Assembly (NCBI GenBank): GCA_963799485.1
Contig: CAWCXJ010000013.1
Coordinates: 421,832-485,831, forward strand
From: an uncultured Trueperaceae bacterium
GTDB lineage: Bacteria; Deinococcota; Deinococci; Deinococcales; Trueperaceae
Direction of reading: 5' to 3'
Length of the DNA: 64,000 nt
This document shows, piece after piece, positions 54,957 to 63,432 of the stretch. The notes under the pieces are model-generated. The model saw only the letters and a list, made by a program, of their open reading frames with translations, did no database searches and was not told where the DNA came from. Position numbers and translations under genes: made by a program. The stretch's first letter is position 1. Every line of letters starts with the position of its first letter.

Positions 54957-57900
54957 TTAGTAGTCGGAAAACTGGGCGAAGCGGCTCCCAATACCCCAAC
55001 CTAGCTGGGCGGCAAAATCGCTCAGCACTTCCAGCAGATGCGGGCTCGGCTCGAGGCCCAAATCTTTCATCGCCTGCTGATAGTTGCCGTACTGCCGCCG
55101 CGCCTGCTCGGGGTTGCGGTTGTCCAGATGATAGCGAATAAGCTCCAGATACCCCGGTTCGTGGCACGGGTCGAGCTTGAAGGCGAGCTTGGCGTAGGTC
55201 GGCACCAAATGCCGCTGCGTGTCGCGCAAACGGGGCAAAAGGTCAGAAAGAAGCACCAGCGCGTGTTCTTGCAGATGCCGACGGCGCACCTCGACCCAGT
55301 TGGCGTAGTAGCCGGGCAAGTAGTCGCCCTGATAAGTGTCGAGCGCCGCCATCAGCGCCGCTACCGGGTCGCCGGGGCGCAGGCGCTCCAAAGTGCCCGC
55401 GTCTTCGTGAACGAGCAGGTCGGGCGAAAAGGTGTAGAGGTTGCCGTCCCGGACGATAGCTTCACGCCAGCCCAGGGTACGCCGCGCACGTGAAAGGGCG
55501 ACGCTGAACTGCTGTTCGGGGTCACGGCCCCCCTCTTCCCAAAGTGCGTCTAAAAAGTCGTCACGCGACGCGCCGACGCCGGTCGAAGCCAAAAATAGTA
55601 CGATGTCGCGCGGTTTGCGCCCGTTCCAGTCGTTGATGGCCACCGGCGCACCGTTTAAGACGATTTCGACGTGACCACAGGTAAAGAGCTCGAGCACCGC
55701 CTTAGGCGCTTGGGGCAGGGCGACCGGGACGGGCGTCTCGCTAGCTTCTGCCGTGCGGACGACCAGCGGCGGACGGGCGCGGTAGCCGAGCGCTTGTTCA
55801 GCCGCCTGCGCGCGCTTCGCGTAACGAGCCGACTCTTGGACTGACCCCGTGCCGGGGCGTTCGCTGCGGAGCCAAAAGACCTGCGTGAGTTCACGTTTTG
55901 CGCCGATTTCCGTGAATATCTGCTCGGCTGCCGCGAGCGGTTCGTCCGCGCCGGTAAGCTGTGCCGTAAAAAGTTGCGCGAGCCCTTCGCAAAACCGGAA
56001 ACCGTGGGCGAGCGACAGCTCGAGCGCGTGCTGCACGTAACGTTCGGCCTTGGCGCGCTGCGCACCCAAGCTGTAGACCCGCGCCAGCCCAAGCAGCGCG
56101 TAGGGATGACTAAACGCGTCCGACGGGCTCTGGTTCACCGCCAGGCGGTAGTGCTTTTCGGCGTCCTCGTCGTGAGCCAGCCCGAGGTGCAGGTCGCCCA
56201 GGGTGCAGTGCAGCAGTACCGGCGACGCCTCGAGCGACAGCTCGTTCCAGAGCGACAACGCGCGGAGTCCAGCGGCAAGGCCTTCGTGCAGGTCGCCCAG
56301 GTAGTAGTGACAACTCGCTACGTTGTTTAAGGTCGAGGCAATCTGGTACGAGTTGGCGCGCGCTTCCCAATACGAAAGCGTCTTTTGGTTGAGCAGTAGC
56401 GAGCGCTGCACGTCGCCGCTGTAATCCGCGTAGGACGCCAGCCCCCGCGTCGCTAAAGCCTCGAAATAGCCGTCGGACAACTCCTGACCGATTGTGCGAA
56501 CGAACCCGAACGCCGTCTGCGCTGCGCCGTACTCGCCCAGACTCATATGGGCGCGCGCAACCGAGTTGTAGGAAAACGCCAGCTCGCGGAGTTGCCGCGT
56601 CTCGCGGAGCTCTTCTAAGACCTGCGGCGCACGCCCCAGCAGCTCCTTGTAGCGGCGCAAGTTGTGTTCGGCGCGCAGAAGGCCGCTGAGGGCGGTCGCG
56701 TGGAGGCGGCGGTCGCTGACGCCGAGCGTCAAGGCGCGTTCGTAAAGCTCTTTGGCGGCTTCTGCGTCGCGTTGTACGAGCGCTTCGCCCATTAAAATCA
56801 GCAGTTCCGGATGATGCTTGAGGGCCTCTTCGGGCAAACGGCGGAGCCAGAGCGCGAAATGGCTGTAGTCGCCGGACTCGCGCAGGGTACGCTGCAACGT
56901 ACCCAACCGCTCGATGATGGCTGCGACCGCGCCCGCGTTTACGAGGTTCTCGAGCGCGCCGTGCTGCCCTTCGTCAAAACGTCCCACGCCGATGCGGAGG
57001 TTGAGTTCACGCCACAACTCGGGGTGGTTGCGGGCCAGCGATTCTTTTAAGAAATCCTTGACGAGCGGCTGAAGGTCGTATATCGGTTTGCCGCGCTGTT
57101 GTCCCCCGGTGTTACCTGCGTTACTACCTGCGGTATTACCTGTAGTAAACAGCAGCGCGTGGCGTTTGCTGAGGCGTTCCAAAAGTCCAAGTTCGTCCGG
57201 GGTGCAGTAGCTCGTCAGTTCGGTTTCGGCAAACGGGGCCAGGAGCGCCGTCAGGTAAGCGAAACGCTGTTCGCGCTCCGACAGTTCGCCCAAAACTTCC
57301 GAACCCAGATAGGCGTAAACGAGGTCTTCGGCGACCAACTCTTCGGCAGCAAGGGCGTCTGTATTCCCCCCAAGCTGCGCCGCGCCGTGCCCGAGCAAAA
57401 GGGTAAAACCCGCAGGCCACCCGCCTAGCCGTTCATGTCCGGCAAGGGCGGCCTCAGCGTCGGCGCAACCGAGCGCCCGGGCCGCCTCGAGCGCTTCCCC
57501 TTCGGTAAACGCCAACTGGGTCTGCGTCAACAAGTTGACCTCTTGGTTGGCAACGAGGCGCGCCAAGTTGAGCTGCGTCTGGTTGCGCGACAAGATCATC
57601 AGGTGGCACGTCGGCGGCAGGTAGGAGATAAGCGTATCGATAAAGCTCGTGATTTCAGGGGCGTCCGAGACCTTGTGAAAATTATTGAGGATAAGCAGGA
57701 TCGGTTCGTCCAGTTCAAAAAGCGTAACCGTCAAAAGCCCGGCAAGTTCCCAGGGGGTCGCGTCTTTGGGCGCTTCAGGCAGGCGTTCGGAAAAGTCCGG
57801 GACGCGCTGGGAGACGGCTTCGCAGAGGTAGGCGTAAAAGACCTCCAAGTGCGCGTCGTGTTCGTCTAGCTCGTACCAGAGGTCGTGATGTTGGGCAGCG

Positions 57901-58070
57901 CCGGCAAGCTCGAGCGCCAGCACGGTTTTGCCGTAGCCCGCCGGGGCGACCATCAGTGTGAGCTTCCGGTCCAGGTTCGGCAAAATGCGCGACTGTAGCC
58001 GCAGACGTGCGACAACGCTCGTAGGCGCATAGGGACGAATTACCTTTTGCGGCAAAAACCATTTCATCAA
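54957..58070 (-). CDS. Large transcriptional regulator: MalT-like P-loop ATPase, TPR array and C-terminal SARP-type wHTH/BTAD
   Basis: APAGYGKT, WYELD, LILNNFH, GGWPAG; TPR-like LNNVASCHYYLGD; C-terminal FLA..SRDDFLDALW..LSRARRTLG..YQGDYLPG..W..DPCHE. Confidence 0.88.
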   Translation of the reverse strand: MMKWFLPQKVIRPYAPTSVVARLRLQSRILPNLDRKLTLMVAPAGYGKTVLALELAGAAQHHDLWYELDEHDAHLEVFYAYLCEAVSQRVPDFSERLPEAPKDATPWELAGLLTVTLFELDEPILLILNNFHKVSDAPEITSFIDTLISYLPPTCHLMILSRNQTQLNLARLVANQEVNLLTQTQLAFTEGEALEAARALGCADAEAALAGHERLGGWPAGFTLLLGHGAAQLGGNTDALAAEELVAEDLVYAYLGSEVLGELSEREQRFAYLTALLAPFAETELTSYCTPDELGLLERLSKRHALLFTTGNTAGSNAGNTGGQQRGKPIYDLQPLVKDFLKESLARNHPELWRELNLRIGVGRFDEGQHGALENLVNAGAVAAIIERLGTLQRTLRESGDYSHFALWLRRLPEEALKHHPELLILMGEALVQRDAEAAKELYERALTLGVSDRRLHATALSGLLRAEHNLRRYKELLGRAPQVLEELRETRQLRELAFSYNSVARAHMSLGEYGAAQTAFGFVRTIGQELSDGYFEALATRGLASYADYSGDVQRSLLLNQKTLSYWEARANSYQIASTLNNVASCHYYLGDLHEGLAAGLRALSLWNELSLEASPVLLHCTLGDLHLGLAHDEDAEKHYRLAVNQSPSDAFSHPYALLGLARVYSLGAQRAKAERYVQHALELSLAHGFRFCEGLAQLFTAQLTGADEPLAAAEQIFTEIGAKRELTQVFWLRSERPGTGSVQESARYAKRAQAAEQALGYRARPPLVVRTAEASETPVPVALPQAPKAVLELFTCGHVEIVLNGAPVAINDWNGRKPRDIVLFLASTGVGASRDDFLDALWEEGGRDPEQQFSVALSRARRTLGWREAIVRDGNLYTFSPDLLVHEDAGTLERLRPGDPVAALMAALDTYQGDYLPGYYANWVEVRRRHLQEHALVLLSDLLPRLRDTQRHLVPTYAKLAFKLDPCHEPGYLELIRYHLDNRNPEQARRQYGNYQQAMKDLGLEPSPHLLEVLSDFAAQLGWGIGSRFAQFSDY

Positions 58071-58306
58071 AGCGAGCCCACCTAAAACGAAATTTCCCCG
58101 GTCTGCGGCCCAAAGATGAGGCCCTCATGAAGCATACCCCAGTTCAGCGGGGGGGTGTGGCTTTTTATACAAGTTTGGACAGTTAAAAAATTCACATCGG
58201 GGTTGCGCGAGGCTCGCAGATTTTTGTTGCCGGCCTGAAAAAAGGCTTCGCCACCGCCTAAAAGGTAAAAAACAAACTTCCCTCGCCAGCTCCTTGAGAA
58301 CCCCTT

Positions 58307-58373
58307 GCAGGACTTCTGCAAGGTTTGCCCGCAAGCTTCCTGCAAGGGAACCGCAAGGGCTGCAGACCAAACT
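58307..58373 (+). promoter_or_regulatory. Direct-repeat array (GCA(A/G)G) with about 11-bp period plus a weak -10; candidate SARP-type activator site
   Basis: Repeats start at 58307, 58318, 58331, 58342 and 58353; CAAACT at 58368-58373; ATG at 58381. Confidence 0.65.
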
Positions 58374-58380
58374 ACCTCTC

Positions 58381-58566
58381 ATGAAACTACATCCTCATAG
58401 ACCGCCGCCGTACCCCACAGAGACGTCGTTCGATTCTTTTCAGAGTTTGAGGCGTCGTGGCCTGCTGCAAGCGCCCTCGCGTCCGGGGTCGCTGTTGCGG
58501 CAACGCGGCACCCGCCTCGTCCATCCGTGCTACCGCCGGGGCCGCCCCAGTGATACAGGCGGCTGA
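58381..58566 (+). CDS. Possible leaderless 61-aa Pro/Arg-rich ORF (or a long 5' leader)
   Basis: ATG sits 7 nt after the -10-like hexamer; stop is 2 nt before the next GTG. Confidence 0.35.
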   Translation: MKLHPHRPPPYPTETSFDSFQSLRRRGLLQAPSRPGSLLRQRGTRLVHPCYRRGRPSDTGG

Positions 58567-58568
58567 AG

Positions 58569-58775
58569 GTGCGGAGCAAAGCGCTAAACCGTGCGTTTAA
58601 CCGGGCGCTTATCGACCTCGAGTACCGCCAATCCCTGCTTCAAAATGTTCGCAGCGTCCTGGGCCCCGAAGGGGTACCCGAGGGTGAAATCCGCCTGCTC
58701 GAGACGACGGCTCCTCACGACATTCGTGAACTTGCCGAGGCGCTCGAGACCATGCACACCTTGTCGTTTCACTAG
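58569..58775 (+). CDS. Small NHLP-leader-like (Os1348-like) protein
   Basis: ALNRAFNRALIDLEYRQSLLQN..VL..EGV...EIRLL matches the RA..D..(F/Y)R..LL pattern of nitrile-hydratase-like leaders. Confidence 0.6.
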   Translation: MRSKALNRAFNRALIDLEYRQSLLQNVRSVLGPEGVPEGEIRLLETTAPHDIRELAEALETMHTLSFH

Positions 58776-58785
58776 GGAGTCTGAT

Positions 58786-60510
58786 ATGACACACGACCGT
58801 TTACCGCCAACAAGTAAAAAAACCACAAGCACCAAAACTACAGCTACGCTTTGGACGTGGGTAGTGCTTACGCTGCTCACGCTAAGCCTCGCCGCGTGTA
58901 CGCAGGCGGGTGTACAAACCGCCTTCGTTGGTCTCGAGGTCACGGCGGCAGGCCGGCAGGAACTGATTTTCTCGGCCACCACCGGCAGTACCAGCGCAGC
59001 GCAGCCCGTCAGTTTCAAAAATACCGGCGACGCGCCGCTCGTGTTGCGTGCGCTGGCGTTGGGTGGCCCCGATGCGGGCGCGTTCAAGCTCGTTACGCCG
59101 AGTTTGCCGATCACGCTGGAGCCGGGGAGCAGCGCCGAGGCGACCGTCTCGTTTACGCCGTCCGCGTCCGGGACGAAGCGCGCAACCTTGCAGCTCGAGA
59201 GTAACGACAACGCGCGCAGCTTCGTCGAGATTGGTCTTTACGGTCTCGGCAGCCGCCGCGCGGGGGGAAAAGACGAGCCCTCGTTGCAGCAGGTCGTCGA
59301 CACCCTGGGCTACCGCGTCGATGTAGGGGAAGCCCTCTCGGCAGCGGGGGACGGACTTGTCGGCGACGAGGTCGACGCGCCCCTTTTCGAACGCGCAGGC
59401 GACGGGCCTGTGACCCTAAACGTCGTCGCCCGGTACGGCCCCGACGAACCCCTCCCTTACGGATTTTTTACGCTCGGCAGGGGCGCACCCGTAACGCAAG
59501 CAGTAGGGCGCAGCGGGGCGAAAGACGCCCAGAAACTGTTACCGCCGCTCGAGACCGGCAGCGCGTCGTTTAACCCCGGTACGACACCCTTCGGCCTCTA
59601 CGTGCAGGTCGGGAGCGAGACCCGCTACAGCCTGAGCCGTCTTAATCCAGGCAGCGCCCACGTGCTGCGCGTCTATCCGCTGCGCGACCGGGGCGGAAAC
59701 CCGGTTACCGACAGCTACCTGCTCAGCCTCGAGGCGGGCGACGCCGACCGCGACTTTCAAGATGCACTTTTCGTTCTCGGAAACGTCCAGTTGAGCGGCG
59801 CAAACCCCGAAGCCCCCCCGGAAGCCCCGGGGGCCTGGGAACCGCTCTTTAACGGCAACGACCTCAGCGGCTGGTACAGCTACCTGCCCTCGAAAGGCAA
59901 AAACAACGACCCTGAAGGTGTCTTTCACGTTGAAAACGGCGTTATCCATATTCTCGGCGTCGAAAATAACGGCCCCAGAGAGTTCGGTTACCTGGCAACG
60001 GAAAAAAGCTACAGCAACTATCAGCTGCGGCTCGAGTACCGTTGGGGGGAGAAACGCTTCGCCCCCCGCAACCGCAGCAAGCGCGACAGCGGCGTGATCT
60101 ACCACGCTACGGGCCGCGACAAGGTGTGGCCTAGTGGCGTCGAATACCAGATTCAGGAGGGCGATACCGGCGACTTCTGGCTTCTCGGCGGCCCTACCCT
60201 TACGACGACGGTCGCGTCTACTCGCCCGAAAGAGCCGCAATACGCACAAAACGGTACCCCGTATACCAGCCGGAGCGGTCGCTTCGTCCGCATCGTCAAA
60301 GACAACACCAATGAGCGCTCAGGTTGGAACACGGTCGACATCATCGTGCAGGGGAACACGGCGACGCACATGATTAACGGGCAGGTCAACAACCGTGCCT
60401 ACAGCCTCTATACACCCGGCGGCGACGCCCTCGACTCGGGAAAAATCCTGCTTCAGGCCGAAGGTGCCGAGGTCTTCTACCGCAACGTCCGGATTCGGCA
60501 GCTTAAGTAG
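58786..60510 (+). CDS. Lipoprotein: Ig-like (ASH/choice-of-anchor D-like), middle beta domain, DUF1080 (3-keto-glycoside hydrolase-like)
   Basis: AGGGAG SD; lipobox LAAC; NTGDAPL..LEPG..FTP..G; E..D.DFQD; LFNGNDLSGW, DSG, EYQI, WN, G.I.LQAEG..VFYRNVRI. Confidence 0.85.
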   Translation: MTHDRLPPTSKKTTSTKTTATLWTWVVLTLLTLSLAACTQAGVQTAFVGLEVTAAGRQELIFSATTGSTSAAQPVSFKNTGDAPLVLRALALGGPDAGAFKLVTPSLPITLEPGSSAEATVSFTPSASGTKRATLQLESNDNARSFVEIGLYGLGSRRAGGKDEPSLQQVVDTLGYRVDVGEALSAAGDGLVGDEVDAPLFERAGDGPVTLNVVARYGPDEPLPYGFFTLGRGAPVTQAVGRSGAKDAQKLLPPLETGSASFNPGTTPFGLYVQVGSETRYSLSRLNPGSAHVLRVYPLRDRGGNPVTDSYLLSLEAGDADRDFQDALFVLGNVQLSGANPEAPPEAPGAWEPLFNGNDLSGWYSYLPSKGKNNDPEGVFHVENGVIHILGVENNGPREFGYLATEKSYSNYQLRLEYRWGEKRFAPRNRSKRDSGVIYHATGRDKVWPSGVEYQIQEGDTGDFWLLGGPTLTTTVASTRPKEPQYAQNGTPYTSRSGRFVRIVKDNTNERSGWNTVDIIVQGNTATHMINGQVNNRAYSLYTPGGDALDSGKILLQAEGAEVFYRNVRIRQLK

Positions 60511-60527
60511 CAGTGGCGGAGCGGCGC

Positions 60528-60830
60528 ATGACGAAACCCGATCAACCTAAAGCGCAACCTCAGCGTACGCGGCTGCCGCCACCCCGCACGCCGCGCGCCC
60601 AGGGGCGTATCGGTTCCGCGCCGCGCTCCAAGCCCGGGCCGGTTGGCGTATTTGAAACGCAGCTTCAGGGGGAGCAGCGCCGCTGGTTCGACCGCGAAGT
60701 TCGGCTGCTTGCGCGGCTCGCCCACACCGAACGCCTGCTAGGTGACTTTGTGGCGGCGCAACGCCTCGAGCGCGAGTTAGATTCTTTTATCGCGGCAGCT
60801 GCCGCCCTTACGGAACAAGAAAGGGGCTAA
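60528..60830 (+). CDS. Hypothetical protein (Pro/Arg-rich N-terminus, TPR-like helical C-terminus)
   Basis: Fills the gap between the two lipoprotein genes; GGAG before ATG 60528 (alternative GTG 60513); LARLAHTERLLGDFVAAQRL. Confidence 0.65.
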   Translation: MTKPDQPKAQPQRTRLPPPRTPRAQGRIGSAPRSKPGPVGVFETQLQGEQRRWFDREVRLLARLAHTERLLGDFVAAQRLERELDSFIAAAAALTEQERG

Positions 60831-60836
60831 CAGACC

Positions 60837-62060
60837 ATGAACATCTACACGCAAGCTCCCACGAACACCTGTTTGTCTAGACCGACTGCGCGGTTCTCAA
60901 GGTCCCTACCCGGGCTGTTCATAGTGCTGCTTTTGGGGCTTGCAGCGTGTCAGAAGAACGTTTCACCCCCGACTGCCAGCTTCGGCGTAGCCCCCGCTGC
61001 GGTGAGCGTCGGCGACCCGGTAACGTTGTCGTGGCGAGGTATGGGCGCAGCGTCTTGCACCCTGACGACAGGGCAGGAACAGCTGACGCCGGAAAACTGC
61101 GACCGGGGTAGTCTAATCGCACGTTACGACCAGGCGGGAACTTTTTTGGCGGAGCTTGCCTATACTTTCCCAGACGGTTCGACTCTCAGCCGCGCAGCCC
61201 CCGTTACCGTCCGCGCCGATAGCAGCTTTTCCGCTGAGCAAGACGGGCTCAGCGTCACCTTTGAAGTACCGGCGGCTGAACCAAACCGCACAACTTTCGC
61301 CTGGGATTTCGGTGATGGCGAGACCGGCAGCGGGGCGCGCGTTACCCACCGCTACGCCCGCACCGGAGACTACCTTGTGACACTGACGACAACCGGGGCA
61401 GGACAGCCGGTACGGCGTAGCCGAACAATTACGGTCGAAGCAAGCGCCGAGCGGATGACGCTCTTTTCCGGCAACGGCTTGGCAGCCTGGGAACGCGTCC
61501 GGGGCGGCGCGGCGAACTGGCGTTTGGCGGGCGACTATGTTGAGGTCAAACCGGGTAAGCGCGTCGGTGAGAACAGCTTGAGGACGAAAGAAACGTTCGG
61601 CGACTTTCGTCTGCACCTCGAGTTCTGGGTACCGAAAACTTCCCCCGGGACCCCCGAGCAGGCGCGGGGCAATTCCGGCGTCTACTTACAGGGGCGCTAC
61701 GAAGTGCAGATTCTGGACTCTTACGGGCGCACGCTGAGCGGCCAAAACGACGCAGGCGCGATTTACGAAGTCCGGGACGCCACGCAAAATGCGAGCCTGC
61801 CGCCCGAAACGTGGCAAAGCTACGACCTCGAGTTTCGAGCCGCCCGTTTTAGGGGCGAAAAAAAGCTCGCGGACGCGCGCGTCCGCGTTTTCTGGAACGG
61901 TCAGCTCGTTCAGGACGACACCATAATTCCCGGCCCGACGCGGCTCGGAACTCCAGAGGCGGGCGCAGCAAACGCAGCGGGTGTTTTAGAAGGCCCAATC
62001 GTCTTGCAAGACCACGGCGACCGGGTACGTTTTCGTAACCTTTGGCTCGAGCCCCTCTGA
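60837..62060 (+). CDS. Lipoprotein: Ig-like, PKD and DUF1080 domains
   Basis: Lipobox LAAC; WDFGDG..HRY..G.Y.VTLT (PKD); FGDFRLHLEF, GNSGVYLQGRYEVQILDS, LQDHG..VRFRNLW. Confidence 0.9.
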   Translation: MNIYTQAPTNTCLSRPTARFSRSLPGLFIVLLLGLAACQKNVSPPTASFGVAPAAVSVGDPVTLSWRGMGAASCTLTTGQEQLTPENCDRGSLIARYDQAGTFLAELAYTFPDGSTLSRAAPVTVRADSSFSAEQDGLSVTFEVPAAEPNRTTFAWDFGDGETGSGARVTHRYARTGDYLVTLTTTGAGQPVRRSRTITVEASAERMTLFSGNGLAAWERVRGGAANWRLAGDYVEVKPGKRVGENSLRTKETFGDFRLHLEFWVPKTSPGTPEQARGNSGVYLQGRYEVQILDSYGRTLSGQNDAGAIYEVRDATQNASLPPETWQSYDLEFRAARFRGEKKLADARVRVFWNGQLVQDDTIIPGPTRLGTPEAGAANAAGVLEGPIVLQDHGDRVRFRNLWLEPL

Positions 62061-62189
62061 CCGGATTTGACCTGAGGAGGTTGACGAGGCCGAAAAAACT
62101 TCTCAATCGGTGTCGCCGAAACCCTGTACCACGTTCGTGAAGGCGCTCCAGTTATACGGAATCCGGCTAAAAACTGTACAAAGTAGAGC

Positions 62190-62580
62190 TAATACCAAAC
62201 TGGAATAGCAATGTCACAGATGTAGCTGAGAAACGCCGAAGTGCCATCAGGGGAAGTCAGTCAGAAGCTCCAAACGTTCTTTAGCTTGGGTGAACAGCTC
62301 GAGGACTCGGGACAGAGCATCATGCAAAGCAGCGATGGTGTCGAAGCAGCGATTGGCTAACGCGCGGCGGAATTCCTGGAACCAGCGTTCGACCGGGTCA
62401 AGTTCAGGGCTGTAAGGAGGTAAGGCGATGAAGAGGACATTCTCAGGAACATCAAGGTCTTCTTTGCTGAACTTGCTCAGAGCTATCCCGACGATCTGAT
62501 TCTCCTGATCAAGGACAACGCCCCCGCACACCGCAAAGAAGACCTCATACTCAAGTCTTGCACTTATCCATAGAGAAGTT
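62190..62580 (-). mobile_element. IS630-family transposase 3' remnant with an internal micro-inversion
   Basis: VPENVLFIALPPYSPELDPVERWFQEFRR on the minus strand; the preceding ELAQSYPDDLILLIKDNAPAH segment lies on the plus strand. Confidence 0.8.
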
Positions 62581-63386
62581 GGTAATGGCTCAATCATGAA
62601 TGCTAGCCCTACGTTCAAGGTTGTAACGGTGTAAAAAGAGGTGCAGACAAGTGAGATGCATCTCGTCGGACTTAGAGAAAGATAGAGTCTTGCGGACAAA
62701 CCGAGCAAGCCGCTGCCTAACAGTGTTGTTGAACCGCTCGATGTGAGCTGTTAGACCAGAATCTTTGCCAACTGCTTGGTGGTGCGTCTTGAACAAAACG
62801 GCACCTCCCGGGCCTGTTCGCTCATCAGGAATGACGGTTTGATAGGCTTCCCAGAAGTCAGTAAAGCAGATGCCTTGCTTGAAGACAGTAGGAACAGCTT
62901 GCCAAAGATAACGACAGGTGGCAACGCCTCTACCGCCGACCACGCAAGCTACGACTTGTCGCGTACGCTTGCACAGGGCTAGCCAAATCCAACGTTTATT
63001 GGCTTTGCAGCGTACAAACGACCACATTTCGTCTAGTTCCAAGCAGACCGTCTTCGGCTCATTGGGTTCGACCAGCGTATCTTTAAGCGGCGGAAGCGTC
63101 TTGGCTTTTTTTAAGCCATTTGGTCACCGTGTTACGTGACACACCGAAGGTACGCGACAAACCACGCAGACTCGAGCGCTCTTCGTAAGCTCTGAGTATC
63201 TCTTCCTTACGCGCCTCGCTATAGCCGAAGTCTGGGTTCTCTCTACTCGCCTTACCGCACGCTCGGCACTGATACTTCTGCTTGCCATTAGGCGCTTTGC
63301 CATTCTTGACGAGCTGTTCGCTCCCACAGTGATAACATTCGATGCTGACCATCCCTTAACTTATCAGTTTGGTTTGAACCATTACC
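62581..63386 (-). mobile_element. IS1-family element (insA 63083-63352, insB 62590-63042, -1 frameshift)
   Basis: IR GGTAATGG(C/T)TCAA; 8-bp TSD GAGAAGTT (62573-62580, 63387-63394); Zn ribbon CYHC..CRAC; A7G slippery site at 63106-63112; ELDEMWSFV, TDFW, HIERFNNT. Confidence 0.95.
62785..62820 (-). repeat. 36-bp in-frame insertion in insB
   Basis: Adds RTGPGGAVLFKT between VIPDE and HHQAVGK; internal IR GAACA..TGTTC. Confidence 0.7.
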
Positions 63387-63432
63387 GAGAAGTTTAAGGC
63401 GTCGTGGTTGGTTTTGAGAAAGCCTTTCACAC

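Noticed and set aside
57108..57147. Short tandem repeat in the regulator gene (TTGNTAGSNAGNTGG)
   Set aside because: An in-frame, degenerate 12-bp slippage in a probable loop; unrelated to the hairpin elements and with no sign of phase variation
58381..62060. Complete RiPP biosynthetic cluster
   Set aside because: No modification enzyme, protease or exporter gene, and no evident core peptide
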